A DNA stretch of 64,000 nt from Candidatus Thorarchaeota archaeon (lineage in GTDB: Archaea; Asgardarchaeota; Thorarchaeia; Thorarchaeales; Thorarchaeaceae). The DNA lies in NCBI GenBank assembly GCA_019057475.1, contig DXJO01000038.1, positions 32,001-96,000 on the forward strand, in the 5' to 3' direction. A program made the translations under genes and the position numbers. Position 1 is the first letter of the stretch; every line of letters starts with the position of its first letter. The notes beneath the pieces were generated by a model, which ran no database searches, was not told the DNA's origin, and saw nothing but the letters and a program-made list of their open reading frames with translations. Positions 9,295-19,120 of the stretch are shown in pieces.

Positions 9295-12200
9295 TCAATG
9301 AGTGACACTTCCTAGAAGATGCTCAATCTTGGAGATGAGTCCATCATAGTTTTCTATCCTCTCCTTTGCTTCCTCATCACTTCCGAAGTACGACTCCACA
9401 ATCTCTTGAATCAGGCTTTCAGCATGGTCAAGTGTTCTAGCAACCCCGCTCTGAGGAGGTGTTGTCGCAAGGATCCAGTTGTACACCTGTTCCCCTGTCT
9501 TGTTGGATCTAGCACTAAGCTGAATTTCTGACTTGAACTTGAGCACAGTACAGACCAACTTCTCTTCGTCCATCTCAAGATAGCTGCCAGCCCGGATTGC
9601 CCTCAGGCCTAGTTCTCTCACGATTCGTCGACTCTCTCTGAACACCATGCCCTCTCTAGTCGTGGGGTCTGGAACGAACTCAAACGCGAACTCGCACCAT
9701 GCATTTCCGAGAAATGCACCTCCTGCCAACATCATTGCAGATATCTCTGAGTCGTCAAGTCCAGTCTTGGTCAGTCCAGATAGGCTGGTATCCTTGTCCC
9801 CATCCGAGAGCTCTACGCGCCAGCATGCACCATGACACTCCATTTCTCCGCTGGCTATGGGACATAGCTCCTCGTCGTGAGTCACAACCAGCGTTTGATG
9901 AGCGACCTCTCGGCTCGTGAGGTCCTCTGCGGTTGATGGCAGGGTCGTGCGAAAGCGGACGTACGGAGTCCTCTGCTCTACGTAGGGCCTCAGAATCTCC
10001 AGTGCATCATAATCAATGTCATCATAGGGGTTCCATGTCAGATAGGTTTCTGTGTCTTTCAGACTCTGCAGTGGAAGACCATCGACTATTGGACGTCGAA
10101 GCAGCGCGAGGAGCTCAGACGTGTGCTGGATGGACCAGCTCTCGATCAATTCGTTTCCATCAGCTCTATTGAACTCAATCGTGTAGTGGTCGTCATCCAC
10201 GTCCAGTGTGCATTTCGTCGAAACACAAAGGCTGAGTGACTCCGATATATCCTCAAGTACTCCTTGCACTCTCTTCCCTAGTGCCCGCGGAAATCGAAAC
10301 CATTCCGGCAGTAGTGGGAAGTCCTGTTCAGGCATTGTTGTGATCTGAAGTCCGCGGATGCCAGCAAGCGTTTCTCCTCTCCTCCTTATCGTGGTGAGCT
10401 TGCCCAGAGGCGTCCAATTCTCTTCATCGCGAAACCAGAAGTAATCTCCCCCGGCGGACCTATGCACGATTACGTCGTACGTGGCAGTTGCACCTACATG
10501 CTTAGACAAGCACAACGCAATCTCATCCTGACGGATTGCAGTCCAGCTTACTGTTTGCTTGGGCACAAATGGTTCGCATCCAATCCATACCCCAATCAGC
10601 ATTTTCCGACGGTCGTAGGGGTTCTCTATCGCCAAGCAATACTCCGGAGTTTCGTGCTCTTCTGACAGCACCAGAATCTGACCGTAGCTCACAGTACTCA
10701 GTTCAGGAACGTTCAGTGAGGTCATGGCTTTAGCCCGTTTCGCAAGTCCTGACCACACAGCTCTCAGATCGAGTCTAGGTGTGACCTCTTCTGACTCAGA
10801 GTTCATAAGGACGAATCCCATCTGCATGATTTGCCAAGACTTGAGAATCCTCCATAGCTCCGATAAATGCCTGTCAGCCAAAGTTGGGAACTCCCTAGTG
10901 AGCCCCAAGAGCAACAGGAAGAGGTAGTTGCCAAGAGAAACGGACAGGTACGGTCGCACACTGAGAAGATCCAGCAGCATCTCCCTGTCCTGTGCTCTCA
11001 GTCCCTCTACCAACCGGCTATCTCGAACCCACTGGAGCGTCGCCCATACTGGCTCAGAAACCGGACTCGTCTGCAAAAATCTCACGATGTCATCAAGCGC
11101 CTCGATGTGACCCTGTTTTCCATCGCCAATCGAAATCAATTCATCGAGCTCATCGAGGAACTGCGACCAGCTCGACCCGTCCTTCTCATGTCCCACTTGC
11201 CGAAGGATCCTGACGGCCTGACGAAGCCGCCTGAGTTCAAGCCGCGTGGCTCTCTCGATATCATGGCCAAAGCGCAGAGTGGCCTCTATGGGAGGTCTGT
11301 AGATACTCGCGCCCGTGCACTCTCGATTACTGTCCTTCCTGTAGGCACGTTGATGTGTGATGCTGTTCCTTGGCAGCAACGCAACACTCTCAACGAATGC
11401 TCTCCCGTGTCCCACTGTCTGCATTCTTGTCCTGTATTTCAGAAAAGGAGCTCCAGAAGGCCTGCTCTTCGAGCCATATTCAGACAGTGGCACGACATGA
11501 ATTTGCCGTCCCCCAGTATCATCCGCTTTCTGTACAATGCTCTCTGACAGATACTGCTTCAACTGAGGCACGAGCTCGATGGAGTCCCGAAAGAAATCAT
11601 CTTGCATCTCTGAATTGTGCATGACATCAGCAGACCGAATCACCGTTCGTCCTCTTTCTCCTTCTTGAGCGGATGAAACTGATGCTCGCCTTGGCTCATT
11701 CCAGAACCTTGGAGACCAGTTGTGAAGCGGTAGTACCTCTACCATGTTGAAAGAGATACCATCAATGTCCTGTCTTATGATGACTCTGAGGTCATCGAAC
11801 GCAGATGTCAACTGGCCTGATGCATACGGTCGCACGGGGAGATTCCATACGATCTCTGTGACGAAGCGGTTGAGTTCGGAACCTTGGAAGAACGGCTCCA
11901 TTGTCCTTCTCTGATAGGATGCTGAAGTACCTTCTGAGTTTCTAGGCCTGTCAAACCAGACTACCGTACAACCTGCCTCATTCAACTCAGCCGCGATTAT
12001 GCGTCGCAGCTCATAGAGTGCCGGCCGTAGTCGTTTTGGTGTGCAGTCATCCAGTACATCCCAGCCACTGACCACAACAACCCTACCATCTAGAGCATCC
12101 CATTCCTCTCCCACGAGCTTTGCTATCGACAGGTCCCCGATTCCTCTGAAGAGGAAGTCCTGTATAGCTGACGAGGCATCGCTGAACATGACTGCGCGGA

Positions 12201-14235
12201 AGAACTCGCGCATGTGGTCACTGCCTTGATCTGACCTGAGTCTAGTCCTAGCCAAAGACTCGGCTCCAAAGTCACCTGCCAAGTCCAACCACAGCATTTC
12301 AGAGTGATCATTCTCCTGTTGGAGGCCGTGGATGAGCTCAAGTCCGTGCCAGTACTTGGCTATCCAAGCAGCAGAGGGCCCTGATCTAGACGCGGAGTTC
12401 ACACTCAGATAGAGAATGAAGCGGCCTCTCGCCTTACCATTCTCCTCTAGTGGGCTGCGTTGCTCAACACCCCACAAAGGCCAGCCCTTTTTCCCAATCT
12501 GTTTCAACTGGTCAGCAGCTATGCCATGCACGATGATAGCAAGTTTCAGCCAATCCCGGGTTCCGTCATTCAAGACAACTCCCACTGGTCTGCTGAGATG
12601 CTCTTTGAGAAGGACTGAGGCGTTCTCACACAGAGCTCGCGTGAGTCGCCATAGTCTGGGACGTACCACAGAGGAGTCCTGCGAAGTGTCAAGGACCACA
12701 GTACCGGTCAGAGGCCGCACCACTGAACGGTCCTCTGTGATTCTCACATACTCCGTAGCAAGACCTTCGGCATAGGCCTCGAGCTGTTTCATGCCGTACC
12801 CCGTTGGCGTTCCGGCAACAGACGCATTCCACTCGGCGTTCGTGAGCCCGCGCTTTCTGAGAACAAACTTGGGAATAACCTTCTGTCCGTGTTTCTTGGA
12901 ATCCTTCTTCTCAGCTTTAATCTCCCAATTGAAAGCAGTCTTGCTCTTGATGTCAAAGACAGCCACGGGTATCCATACGGTCAGTTTGCCCGGCACTCTC
13001 GGGTTCTGAATCACATGACGTCTGAACATCACGAGATCCGCCCGCCCCTTCCCTAGGGAGGTTTCCACAGGGATTTCTGCTGCAAGGAGCCACTGGTCAC
13101 CCTCCTCCACCCAACGGTCACCGTTGAAGACCACCGACTCCAAGTCGTATGGCTGGACGAGTCCGTTAGTCATCAACCTGTGCCATCTGATGCCGTGCCA
13201 TCTCGCCCTCCGCATAACTTCCTTTTGTAGCCACTCACCGTCCTCATCCCGAAGGATGCCACGTTCGCATAGGTCCTTGAGGAAGTCCGCCCAGGCCTGA
13301 CGAATCTCACTCTCGGAGGCTTCCTCTTCCGGATACCTCAACTGCGTGACCTGGTCCAGGAAGAATGAAAGGTCCCACCTAGCCCTCGACTCCTCAATGG
13401 ACTGTGTCAGTGATGGCGCCCGCCCATAGTGTGTCCCGTAAAACGCCTCGATCTCCTGGACTATCTCTCGGAGAATCCAGTTCGCGTCAAGCTGTTCACT
13501 ATCCCTCCGCCCACTTCTTCTCGAACGCTTGAACCCCCGCTTCCCGCTCTCCTTCGAGGTGTAGAGATACTCGAGGAACGGTGACAGCCGCCATATCAGC
13601 AGGCCAACATACCTGCGCGCGTTGTTCATCGGCACGTCGTTGATGAAGCACTTACGACACAGTTCGAAGATGTGGGCTCTCAGCATGTCCCCGAAGTCCA
13701 GCTCCGCAAGGACAGTGTGAGCCACCTCAACCCATGGATAGTCGCTCCCGCCTTCGTACCCTGCAATCCACCTCTTGCCGCGTCGACCTGCTGTCTTTGG
13801 CTCTGGAAACGGAAACCTTGTCACGACCCAGTTCCTCAGTTGTGCGCCAGCCATGTTCAGTAGTCTGTTGAGCGGCCCAATCCTCCCCTTCCTCTCGTTC
13901 TGTATCCGCTTGTACTCCCTGTTGCCGTAGCGCGCGGTGGTTTCCCAGATCATCTTGTTGAAGTTGCGACGCATGTGTTTCTCGACGTTTGTAATGTGAG
14001 AAAAGTCGGGTTTGCCACCGCGTCTGCTCGCGCGCCACTTGCTCAGTGCTTCGGTCCACTGCCTTTGAGTGCTGGCATAGACATCCTCGATGCTCTTGAT
14101 CGTGCGCTCGCGGAAGAGGTCACGCAGTGCCGAAAGACCGTTGAGGTACGCGCGAGCTATGGCCTGCGCTGGGTCGTGGGGGTATGGCCTCTGTTCACTC
14201 TCCTTGAGGTTATCCATCGCGGGCACGCGTATCAC
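9295..14235 (-). CDS. 1646-aa giant hypothetical protein with a PD-(D/E)xK (RecB-like) nuclease motif
   Basis: Long uninterrupted ORF; EIPV..GRADLV..VFDIKSK..QLEAYA motif. Confidence 0.7.
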   Translation of the reverse strand: MIRVPAMDNLKESEQRPYPHDPAQAIARAYLNGLSALRDLFRERTIKSIEDVYASTQRQWTEALSKWRASRRGGKPDFSHITNVEKHMRRNFNKMIWETTARYGNREYKRIQNERKGRIGPLNRLLNMAGAQLRNWVVTRFPFPEPKTAGRRGKRWIAGYEGGSDYPWVEVAHTVLAELDFGDMLRAHIFELCRKCFINDVPMNNARRYVGLLIWRLSPFLEYLYTSKESGKRGFKRSRRSGRRDSEQLDANWILREIVQEIEAFYGTHYGRAPSLTQSIEESRARWDLSFFLDQVTQLRYPEEEASESEIRQAWADFLKDLCERGILRDEDGEWLQKEVMRRARWHGIRWHRLMTNGLVQPYDLESVVFNGDRWVEEGDQWLLAAEIPVETSLGKGRADLVMFRRHVIQNPRVPGKLTVWIPVAVFDIKSKTAFNWEIKAEKKDSKKHGQKVIPKFVLRKRGLTNAEWNASVAGTPTGYGMKQLEAYAEGLATEYVRITEDRSVVRPLTGTVVLDTSQDSSVVRPRLWRLTRALCENASVLLKEHLSRPVGVVLNDGTRDWLKLAIIVHGIAADQLKQIGKKGWPLWGVEQRSPLEENGKARGRFILYLSVNSASRSGPSAAWIAKYWHGLELIHGLQQENDHSEMLWLDLAGDFGAESLARTRLRSDQGSDHMREFFRAVMFSDASSAIQDFLFRGIGDLSIAKLVGEEWDALDGRVVVVSGWDVLDDCTPKRLRPALYELRRIIAAELNEAGCTVVWFDRPRNSEGTSASYQRRTMEPFFQGSELNRFVTEIVWNLPVRPYASGQLTSAFDDLRVIIRQDIDGISFNMVEVLPLHNWSPRFWNEPRRASVSSAQEGERGRTVIRSADVMHNSEMQDDFFRDSIELVPQLKQYLSESIVQKADDTGGRQIHVVPLSEYGSKSRPSGAPFLKYRTRMQTVGHGRAFVESVALLPRNSITHQRAYRKDSNRECTGASIYRPPIEATLRFGHDIERATRLELRRLRQAVRILRQVGHEKDGSSWSQFLDELDELISIGDGKQGHIEALDDIVRFLQTSPVSEPVWATLQWVRDSRLVEGLRAQDREMLLDLLSVRPYLSVSLGNYLFLLLLGLTREFPTLADRHLSELWRILKSWQIMQMGFVLMNSESEEVTPRLDLRAVWSGLAKRAKAMTSLNVPELSTVSYGQILVLSEEHETPEYCLAIENPYDRRKMLIGVWIGCEPFVPKQTVSWTAIRQDEIALCLSKHVGATATYDVIVHRSAGGDYFWFRDEENWTPLGKLTTIRRRGETLAGIRGLQITTMPEQDFPLLPEWFRFPRALGKRVQGVLEDISESLSLCVSTKCTLDVDDDHYTIEFNRADGNELIESWSIQHTSELLALLRRPIVDGLPLQSLKDTETYLTWNPYDDIDYDALEILRPYVEQRTPYVRFRTTLPSTAEDLTSREVAHQTLVVTHDEELCPIASGEMECHGACWRVELSDGDKDTSLSGLTKTGLDDSEISAMMLAGGAFLGNAWCEFAFEFVPDPTTREGMVFRESRRIVRELGLRAIRAGSYLEMDEEKLVCTVLKFKSEIQLSARSNKTGEQVYNWILATTPPQSGVARTLDHAESLIQEIVESYFGSDEEAKERIENYDGLISKIEHLLGSVTH

Positions 14236-14483
14236 TCGGGCATTTTGTAGGGTTATAGCCTAATAAAAGCGCGGTCTTTTCTCATTCTTTCCTCTTACTC
14301 TGGCTTGAAATCTTCGAAGTTAGAACCCGAACAGGTTCCTTTATTCAAATAATCTTCATAGATTTATATGATGTCAGTAGTAAGAAAGTGTGGAGGTTAT
14401 CACCCGACTTCCGTAGAAAGATGTTGAGTGAAAACCCTCTGACCAGAAACAGGTCGGAGATTTATATGGTACGGTGAACTTGA

Positions 14484-16280
14484 GTGGGTCTCTCCAAGGG
14501 AATAGTAACAAGTGTCAAGGTCCCGATTCGTTGGGACTCTATGACCAAACGGCAGCAAACTCGCCTTTCCCGAATCACAAGCCGGGATACTAGGGTGATT
14601 CGTGCCTTCCTTGGAGTGATTGCACGTCACGAGAAAGAACTTCTTGTCGGTAAGAAAAAGAAGAAGATCAGCGGTGCAAAGCTTGAGAAGCTGACCCTGA
14701 CTGCTACAAGATTCAAAGACGCATCTAAGAACCGAACCACAGTTCCCCACGACTTCAAGAAACGATTCCCGAACATATCGCTGAATGAGCTTCAGGAGTG
14801 CAGACAGGTGGCCGCTGCAATGTGGCAGAGCTATCTCGAACTTGGGGGCAAGCCTCCTCTCCATACTCATGGTTACAGGCCGCGCAAGCTGCCTCGGTAC
14901 ATCTATACTCGAAGGTTCAAGATAGTCTATACTCCTGAGAAAGAGATCAAGCACTGGCTCAGGCTGATGGACTCCCTCGACTCTGAAAAGACAGAGGGAC
15001 GATATCATGACTATCTGATGGTTCCTCTCAATCCCTCTTCCTATCATCTGAATAGGATCAACGAGGGCAAGGTGACGTCACTTCGGCTTCTGAAAGATAC
15101 CCGGAAGAAGTGGTGGGTGGTGTTCGCTGTACGCGTGGATGTCCCCGCGGTTGACAACAGCTCGAAGCCACCAGCAGTGACAGGCATAGACCTAGGGATC
15201 AACAAGGCAGTCTGTTCGGTAGTCTTGACTCAGACTCGTGTCAGGTTCGTGGGATACTTCACGCAGCCTGAGAAGGTCAAGCGAATCAAGCGGTACGATG
15301 AGATGGTCGACTCTCTTCAGAGAGAGATGAACACCAGACTCAACAACGGGCAGTCAGCAGATGGAGTCATCCAAAGACTTCGCGAGCTGAGCGGGCGACG
15401 TAACCGAATCAGTATCGACCACGACCGGGTGCTTGTCAGGCGGCTCACTGACCACATCTTGAAGTTGTCAAAGAAGTACGACCTGTACGTGGCGATTGGC
15501 AAACTGACCGGGATTCGGAAGAGTGCCAACAGGGACAGCAAGAAACCGAAGGCATTCCGGGCGATGGTCGGACGGTGGTCTTTTGCAAGAGTCACCAATG
15601 CGTTGAGGCAGAAGCTGTCCGAGAGCGGCTGGAAAGTCAGTGGTCGTGATTCCCGATTCATTCCGGTCCGCGAGTACTGGACTAGCCGAGTCTGTTCCAA
15701 GTGTGGGCACATTGGAATACGCCCGAAGCAGTCTGTCTTCATCTGCCATACCTGCGGTCACAAGACCAATGCCGACAAGAACGGCGCCATCAATATCGCA
15801 AGGCGCCTCATTATGCTCATTCCTTCACTGAAGGATGAGAAAAGACTAGGGAGTTGGCTTCATCCTCACGAAAGAGAGGGGTGGCTTACCCCGAAAGCCC
15901 GGAGGAACGCTCGCCGTTCTAAAGGGAAGTCCTCACGGCCCCAGAGCTTGTCAGGCTCGAAAGGGTCGTCCGTGGCTGAGTACAATGAGCAAGCGACTCT
16001 CGAGTCGTTTGTGAGTGCTACCGATCCCGCCATGGTAAAAACCGCGAAAAAACCGTCTGCCGCCATCGACGCTCTAAAGGCCTCTGACAGTCATGGCAAA
16101 GCAGTGCAGCGGACTGAAGCTCAGTCTGGAAAGAGGAACGATGTTCCCTTGAAGTCTAGCGAAGCCCGTGTCATAGCGTCGGCGTGGAACCCGATGTATG
16201 CTGGCGACAGTCGTCACGGGAAGGGTGGAACGCGTGGGTTGAAGGTTACCGAGGGTGTTCACTCACTTTCTGAAACTTGA
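14484..16280 (+). CDS. tnpB: TnpB/Cas12-family RNA-guided endonuclease with rearranged RuvC-II and a long C-terminal extension
   Basis: RuvC-I GIDLG; VAIGKL (G at the usual E); downstream REYWTSRVC; zinc finger CSKC..CHTC; RuvC-III NADKNGAINI. Confidence 0.9.
   Translation: MGLSKGIVTSVKVPIRWDSMTKRQQTRLSRITSRDTRVIRAFLGVIARHEKELLVGKKKKKISGAKLEKLTLTATRFKDASKNRTTVPHDFKKRFPNISLNELQECRQVAAAMWQSYLELGGKPPLHTHGYRPRKLPRYIYTRRFKIVYTPEKEIKHWLRLMDSLDSEKTEGRYHDYLMVPLNPSSYHLNRINEGKVTSLRLLKDTRKKWWVVFAVRVDVPAVDNSSKPPAVTGIDLGINKAVCSVVLTQTRVRFVGYFTQPEKVKRIKRYDEMVDSLQREMNTRLNNGQSADGVIQRLRELSGRRNRISIDHDRVLVRRLTDHILKLSKKYDLYVAIGKLTGIRKSANRDSKKPKAFRAMVGRWSFARVTNALRQKLSESGWKVSGRDSRFIPVREYWTSRVCSKCGHIGIRPKQSVFICHTCGHKTNADKNGAINIARRLIMLIPSLKDEKRLGSWLHPHEREGWLTPKARRNARRSKGKSSRPQSLSGSKGSSVAEYNEQATLESFVSATDPAMVKTAKKPSAAIDALKASDSHGKAVQRTEAQSGKRNDVPLKSSEARVIASAWNPMYAGDSRHGKGGTRGLKVTEGVHSLSET
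15883..16155 (+). repeat. Direct repeat copy 2, inside the tnpB 3' end (probable omega-RNA scaffold region)
   Basis: Matches 2571-2843; hairpins with a compensatory change between the copies. Confidence 0.9.
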
Positions 16281-16598
16281 AACAGGCCGGTGCATGCAGC
16301 CGATCGTATCTCCCGTGAGGAATCAAAGTGAAGCAGTTAGTGATTCTCACAAGTACTCGCTATGTAGGTAGCCCAAAGTCATCGCCTTTCCTCCTCTCGG
16401 AGTGCTCTGCTTCGGTACCACTCCTAGCGGCTGAAATGAAGGTTTCTCCCTTAATGTGTCCACGGTAACAGTTCACTTTCCGAGTGGTCCAATCATTAGA
16501 ATCAGTTTACCTTTAACAGCTACCGAATTCACATCTGAAGAATTATATGTCATGCTGAATCGACTCCACCAGCGCTCTGCGCCAGCAAGTGATTTAGA

Positions 16599-17009
16599 AT
16601 GCCCCCTAAGGATATGAACGTCATAATTTTTGGATGTATGCAGTGCTGTTACGCTGCAGCGGACCTAGCGGGCACGATGAAGTTACAGTACGACGTGACG
16701 AGCCGGCTAATCCGCATGCCGTGCACCGCGCGCCTGGACATCAACTTCATCCTGAAGGCGTTGCAGGAGGGTGCGGACGGCGTGCTGATTGTTGGCTGTC
16801 ATCCGGGAGACTGCGCGTTCAAGACCGGCAACCTAGGGGCAGAGCGACGCGTCAGATTCGCAAGGAAGCTGATTGGCCAACTGGGCCTGAACGAGAATCG
16901 TGTGAAGATGGTGTTCGTGAGCGCTGCAGAGGGCGACCTGTTCGTCAAGCACGTCAACGACTTCGCAGATGAGATCAGGGCGATAGGGCCAAACCCGATA
17001 AGGCTCTAG
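16599..17009 (+). CDS. mvhD: Methyl-viologen-reducing hydrogenase delta subunit (MvhD/FlpD)
   Basis: CMQCCYAAADLAG, RMPCTAR, GADGVLIVGCHPGDC, VSAAEG motifs. Confidence 0.92.
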   Translation: MPPKDMNVIIFGCMQCCYAAADLAGTMKLQYDVTSRLIRMPCTARLDINFILKALQEGADGVLIVGCHPGDCAFKTGNLGAERRVRFARKLIGQLGLNENRVKMVFVSAAEGDLFVKHVNDFADEIRAIGPNPIRL

Positions 17010-17052
17010 ACGGCAAGCGTTAAACAGAAGCGAAGCCTATGCACCTCGTTGA

Positions 17053-17463
17053 CTAATATCTTCTGACATCAATTCCGACTATTTTCTCATAGTGACGGTC
17101 TTGAGTGATGATTGTGGAGCATCCATTTGTGAAGGCAATTGCGGCAGTCAGACAGTCATTGACACCTATTGGCTTGCCAGATCTCTCCAATTCTGTGTAG
17201 ATTCTGCTGGCACGGTCTGCAGCCTCAACGTCAAGATTCCAGATAGTGATTCTGGAGAGTAGCCTTCTAACAGCCTGTTCTTCGGAAGGGATTCGTCCTC
17301 TGACATCACATCCTCTGAATAGCTCGAATGCATTCACACTTGTACTGGCAAAATGGAAGCCCTCCGACTTGAGCCTGAGATACTGTTCTTGAGCCTTGTC
17401 GACCCCTCTCAGGAAATCGATAAGGAACGCAGTATCAAGGCATGCAAATGTCAATGTGACCAA
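17053..17463 (-). CDS. vapC: VapC-type PIN domain toxin
   Basis: CLDTAFLID..SVNAFEL..G.PIGVNDCLTAAIA..IITQDRHY. Confidence 0.9.
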   Translation of the reverse strand: MVTLTFACLDTAFLIDFLRGVDKAQEQYLRLKSEGFHFASTSVNAFELFRGCDVRGRIPSEEQAVRRLLSRITIWNLDVEAADRASRIYTELERSGKPIGVNDCLTAAIAFTNGCSTIITQDRHYEKIVGIDVRRY

Positions 17464-17663
17464 GCACCCCAGATCTCATCGAGGTCCTCGAATAGGCTTT
17501 CTCTCTCTTCATCGCTCATTGATAATATCCCAAAGAGGTCCGAGATATCGTCAACAGGACCTAGGAGCCGCAAAACGACATCACTGAAGGACTCTCTCTC
17601 TCTTTTCACTCTGCGAAGACGGTCGTAAGCCTTGTCGCTTAATGAGATATTCTTGTAACCCAT
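17451..17663 (-). CDS. vapB: Archaeal VapB-type antitoxin
   Basis: MGYKNISLSDKAYDRLRRVKRERESFSDVVLRLL; overlaps the vapC start. Confidence 0.85.
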   Translation of the reverse strand: MGYKNISLSDKAYDRLRRVKRERESFSDVVLRLLGPVDDISDLFGILSMSDEERESLFEDLDEIWGAWSH

Positions 17664-17772
17664 GGCAATCATCTGTGTATTCATACACAGAAACACAGAT
17701 AAATGCCGCGACTTGCACCCTAGTGCGGAGGTTGTTCCGCTATTCTGGATGCGCATCACTTTTCGCAATACA

Positions 17773-18139
17773 ATGTATGTACGCTGCAGCGGACCTAGCG
17801 GGCACGATGAAGTTACAGTACGATGTCACGTGTCGGCTAATCCGTATGCCCTGCACCGCGCGCCTGGACATCAACTTTATTCTGAAGGCCTTGCAGGAGG
17901 GGGCGGACGGCGTGCTGATTGTCGGTTGTCATCCCGGAGACTGCGCGTACAAGACGGGGAACCTGGGGGCAGAGCGACGCGTCAGATTCGCAAGGAAGCT
18001 GATTGGCCAACTGGGCCTGAACGAGGGCCGAGTGAAGATGGTGTTCGTGAGTGCGGCGGAGGGCGACCTGTTCGCGAGGGAGGTCAACGATTTCGCTGAC
18101 GAGATCAGGGCGATAGGACCTAACCCTATTAGGCTCTAA
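17773..18139 (+). pseudogene. mvhD: Second, 5'-truncated mvhD copy lacking the QCC codons
   Basis: Near-identical protein to 16599-17009; ATGTATG|TACGCT junction versus ATGTATG-CAGTGCTGT-TACGCT in copy 1; unrelated sequence upstream. Confidence 0.75.
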
Positions 18140-18266
18140 TGATCGTAGTCTGGCCTTAGCTTACTGACTCATTTTTTTGTTTGCAACGTCTGACTGGAAA
18201 CCTGATTCTCCCTAGGATGGGGCGCGCGATTCTAGTCGAAACCCACAAGAGGATTATCCGTCTAGA

Positions 18267-19085
18267 ATGGGATGGAGGCAAGAGAATAGAATGGTCGAAG
18301 ATGCATCCAAGGACATTGAAGGAGTCAGAAAGACGTGGGACGCGCATGCCAATAGGTACGATAAATGGTATGAGACCTTTGAGGGTGCAGTTGAACACTA
18401 CGTGGATTGGAAGCTACTAGAGGAATATCTGCCCGAAAACAAAAATGCAAAGATATTGGATGCTGCTGGCGGTACTGGAAGGATAACACTGCTTTTGGCA
18501 AGGATGGGGTACTCGATCACTCTGTGCGACATTTCTCCCAGAATGATGGACGTGGCAAAACAAAAACTACGCAAAGAGCGGCTCTTAGACAGAGTGCAAA
18601 TCTTAGAGTGCGATGTCCGTGACATTCCATTTCCTGACGAGAGTTTCGACTTTGTCCTCTGCTGGGACGGGATGATTGAGGCTGCAAGAGAGCTCATACG
18701 GGTAACAAAGAGAGGGGGAAAGATCTCAGTATTCCTAGTGAACAGATGCAGAGGGGCCATTGATCTATTTCAAGAAGACCCCACATCAGCTCTTGACCTA
18801 ATCAAATCACGTTCGGGCCATGTGCGTCATCATGAAATGAAACGTAGAGCCGTCAGTGCAGAAGAAGCACAATCGCTGTTTGAAGCAGGGGGGATTCGAG
18901 TTCTCGACATATATGCTGTATGTGGTTGGCTACCCCTGCTTCCTATCTCCAAGAAAGTTCTAAAGTCCCGCAGCTGGGATGAAGGATTCTTCAATCAGGT
19001 GACAGAAATGGTGTTAGGCTTGAGCAAAGAGCCCTCTGTTGGGGGGATGTCAAGACACTTGGTTCTATATGGAGAGAGAATCTAG
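18267..19085 (+). CDS. Class I SAM-dependent methyltransferase
   Basis: ILDAAGGTG motif I, CDIS, PFPDESFDFV. Confidence 0.9.
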   Translation: MGWRQENRMVEDASKDIEGVRKTWDAHANRYDKWYETFEGAVEHYVDWKLLEEYLPENKNAKILDAAGGTGRITLLLARMGYSITLCDISPRMMDVAKQKLRKERLLDRVQILECDVRDIPFPDESFDFVLCWDGMIEAARELIRVTKRGGKISVFLVNRCRGAIDLFQEDPTSALDLIKSRSGHVRHHEMKRRAVSAEEAQSLFEAGGIRVLDIYAVCGWLPLLPISKKVLKSRSWDEGFFNQVTEMVLGLSKEPSVGGMSRHLVLYGERI

Positions 19086-19120
19086 AGGCACCTTGAAAAT
19101 CCACTCTGTAAGGAAACGAC

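Larger units (their letters stand above)
2571..16155. mobile_element. Accessory island bounded by tnpB-derived direct repeats
   Basis: Flanking ~273-bp direct repeats; cargo of uncharacterised, defence-like genes; visibly AT-richer 2.9-9.2 kb and GC-richer 9.3-16.3 kb segments; no integrase or transposase recognised. Confidence 0.5.

Noticed and set aside
9319-14250. Many + strand ORFs, including 10867-11547 (226 aa)
   Set aside because: Antisense shadows of the 1646-aa gene with no recognisable motifs
14300-16600. CRISPR array or cas genes next to the Cas12-like nuclease
   Set aside because: No regularly spaced repeats and no cas1/cas2 seen here or elsewhere in the window
16599-18139. Selenocysteine-containing MvhD/VhuD or a SECIS element
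   Set aside because: All candidate positions are TGT/TGC, with no in-frame TGA and no convincing SECIS hairpin
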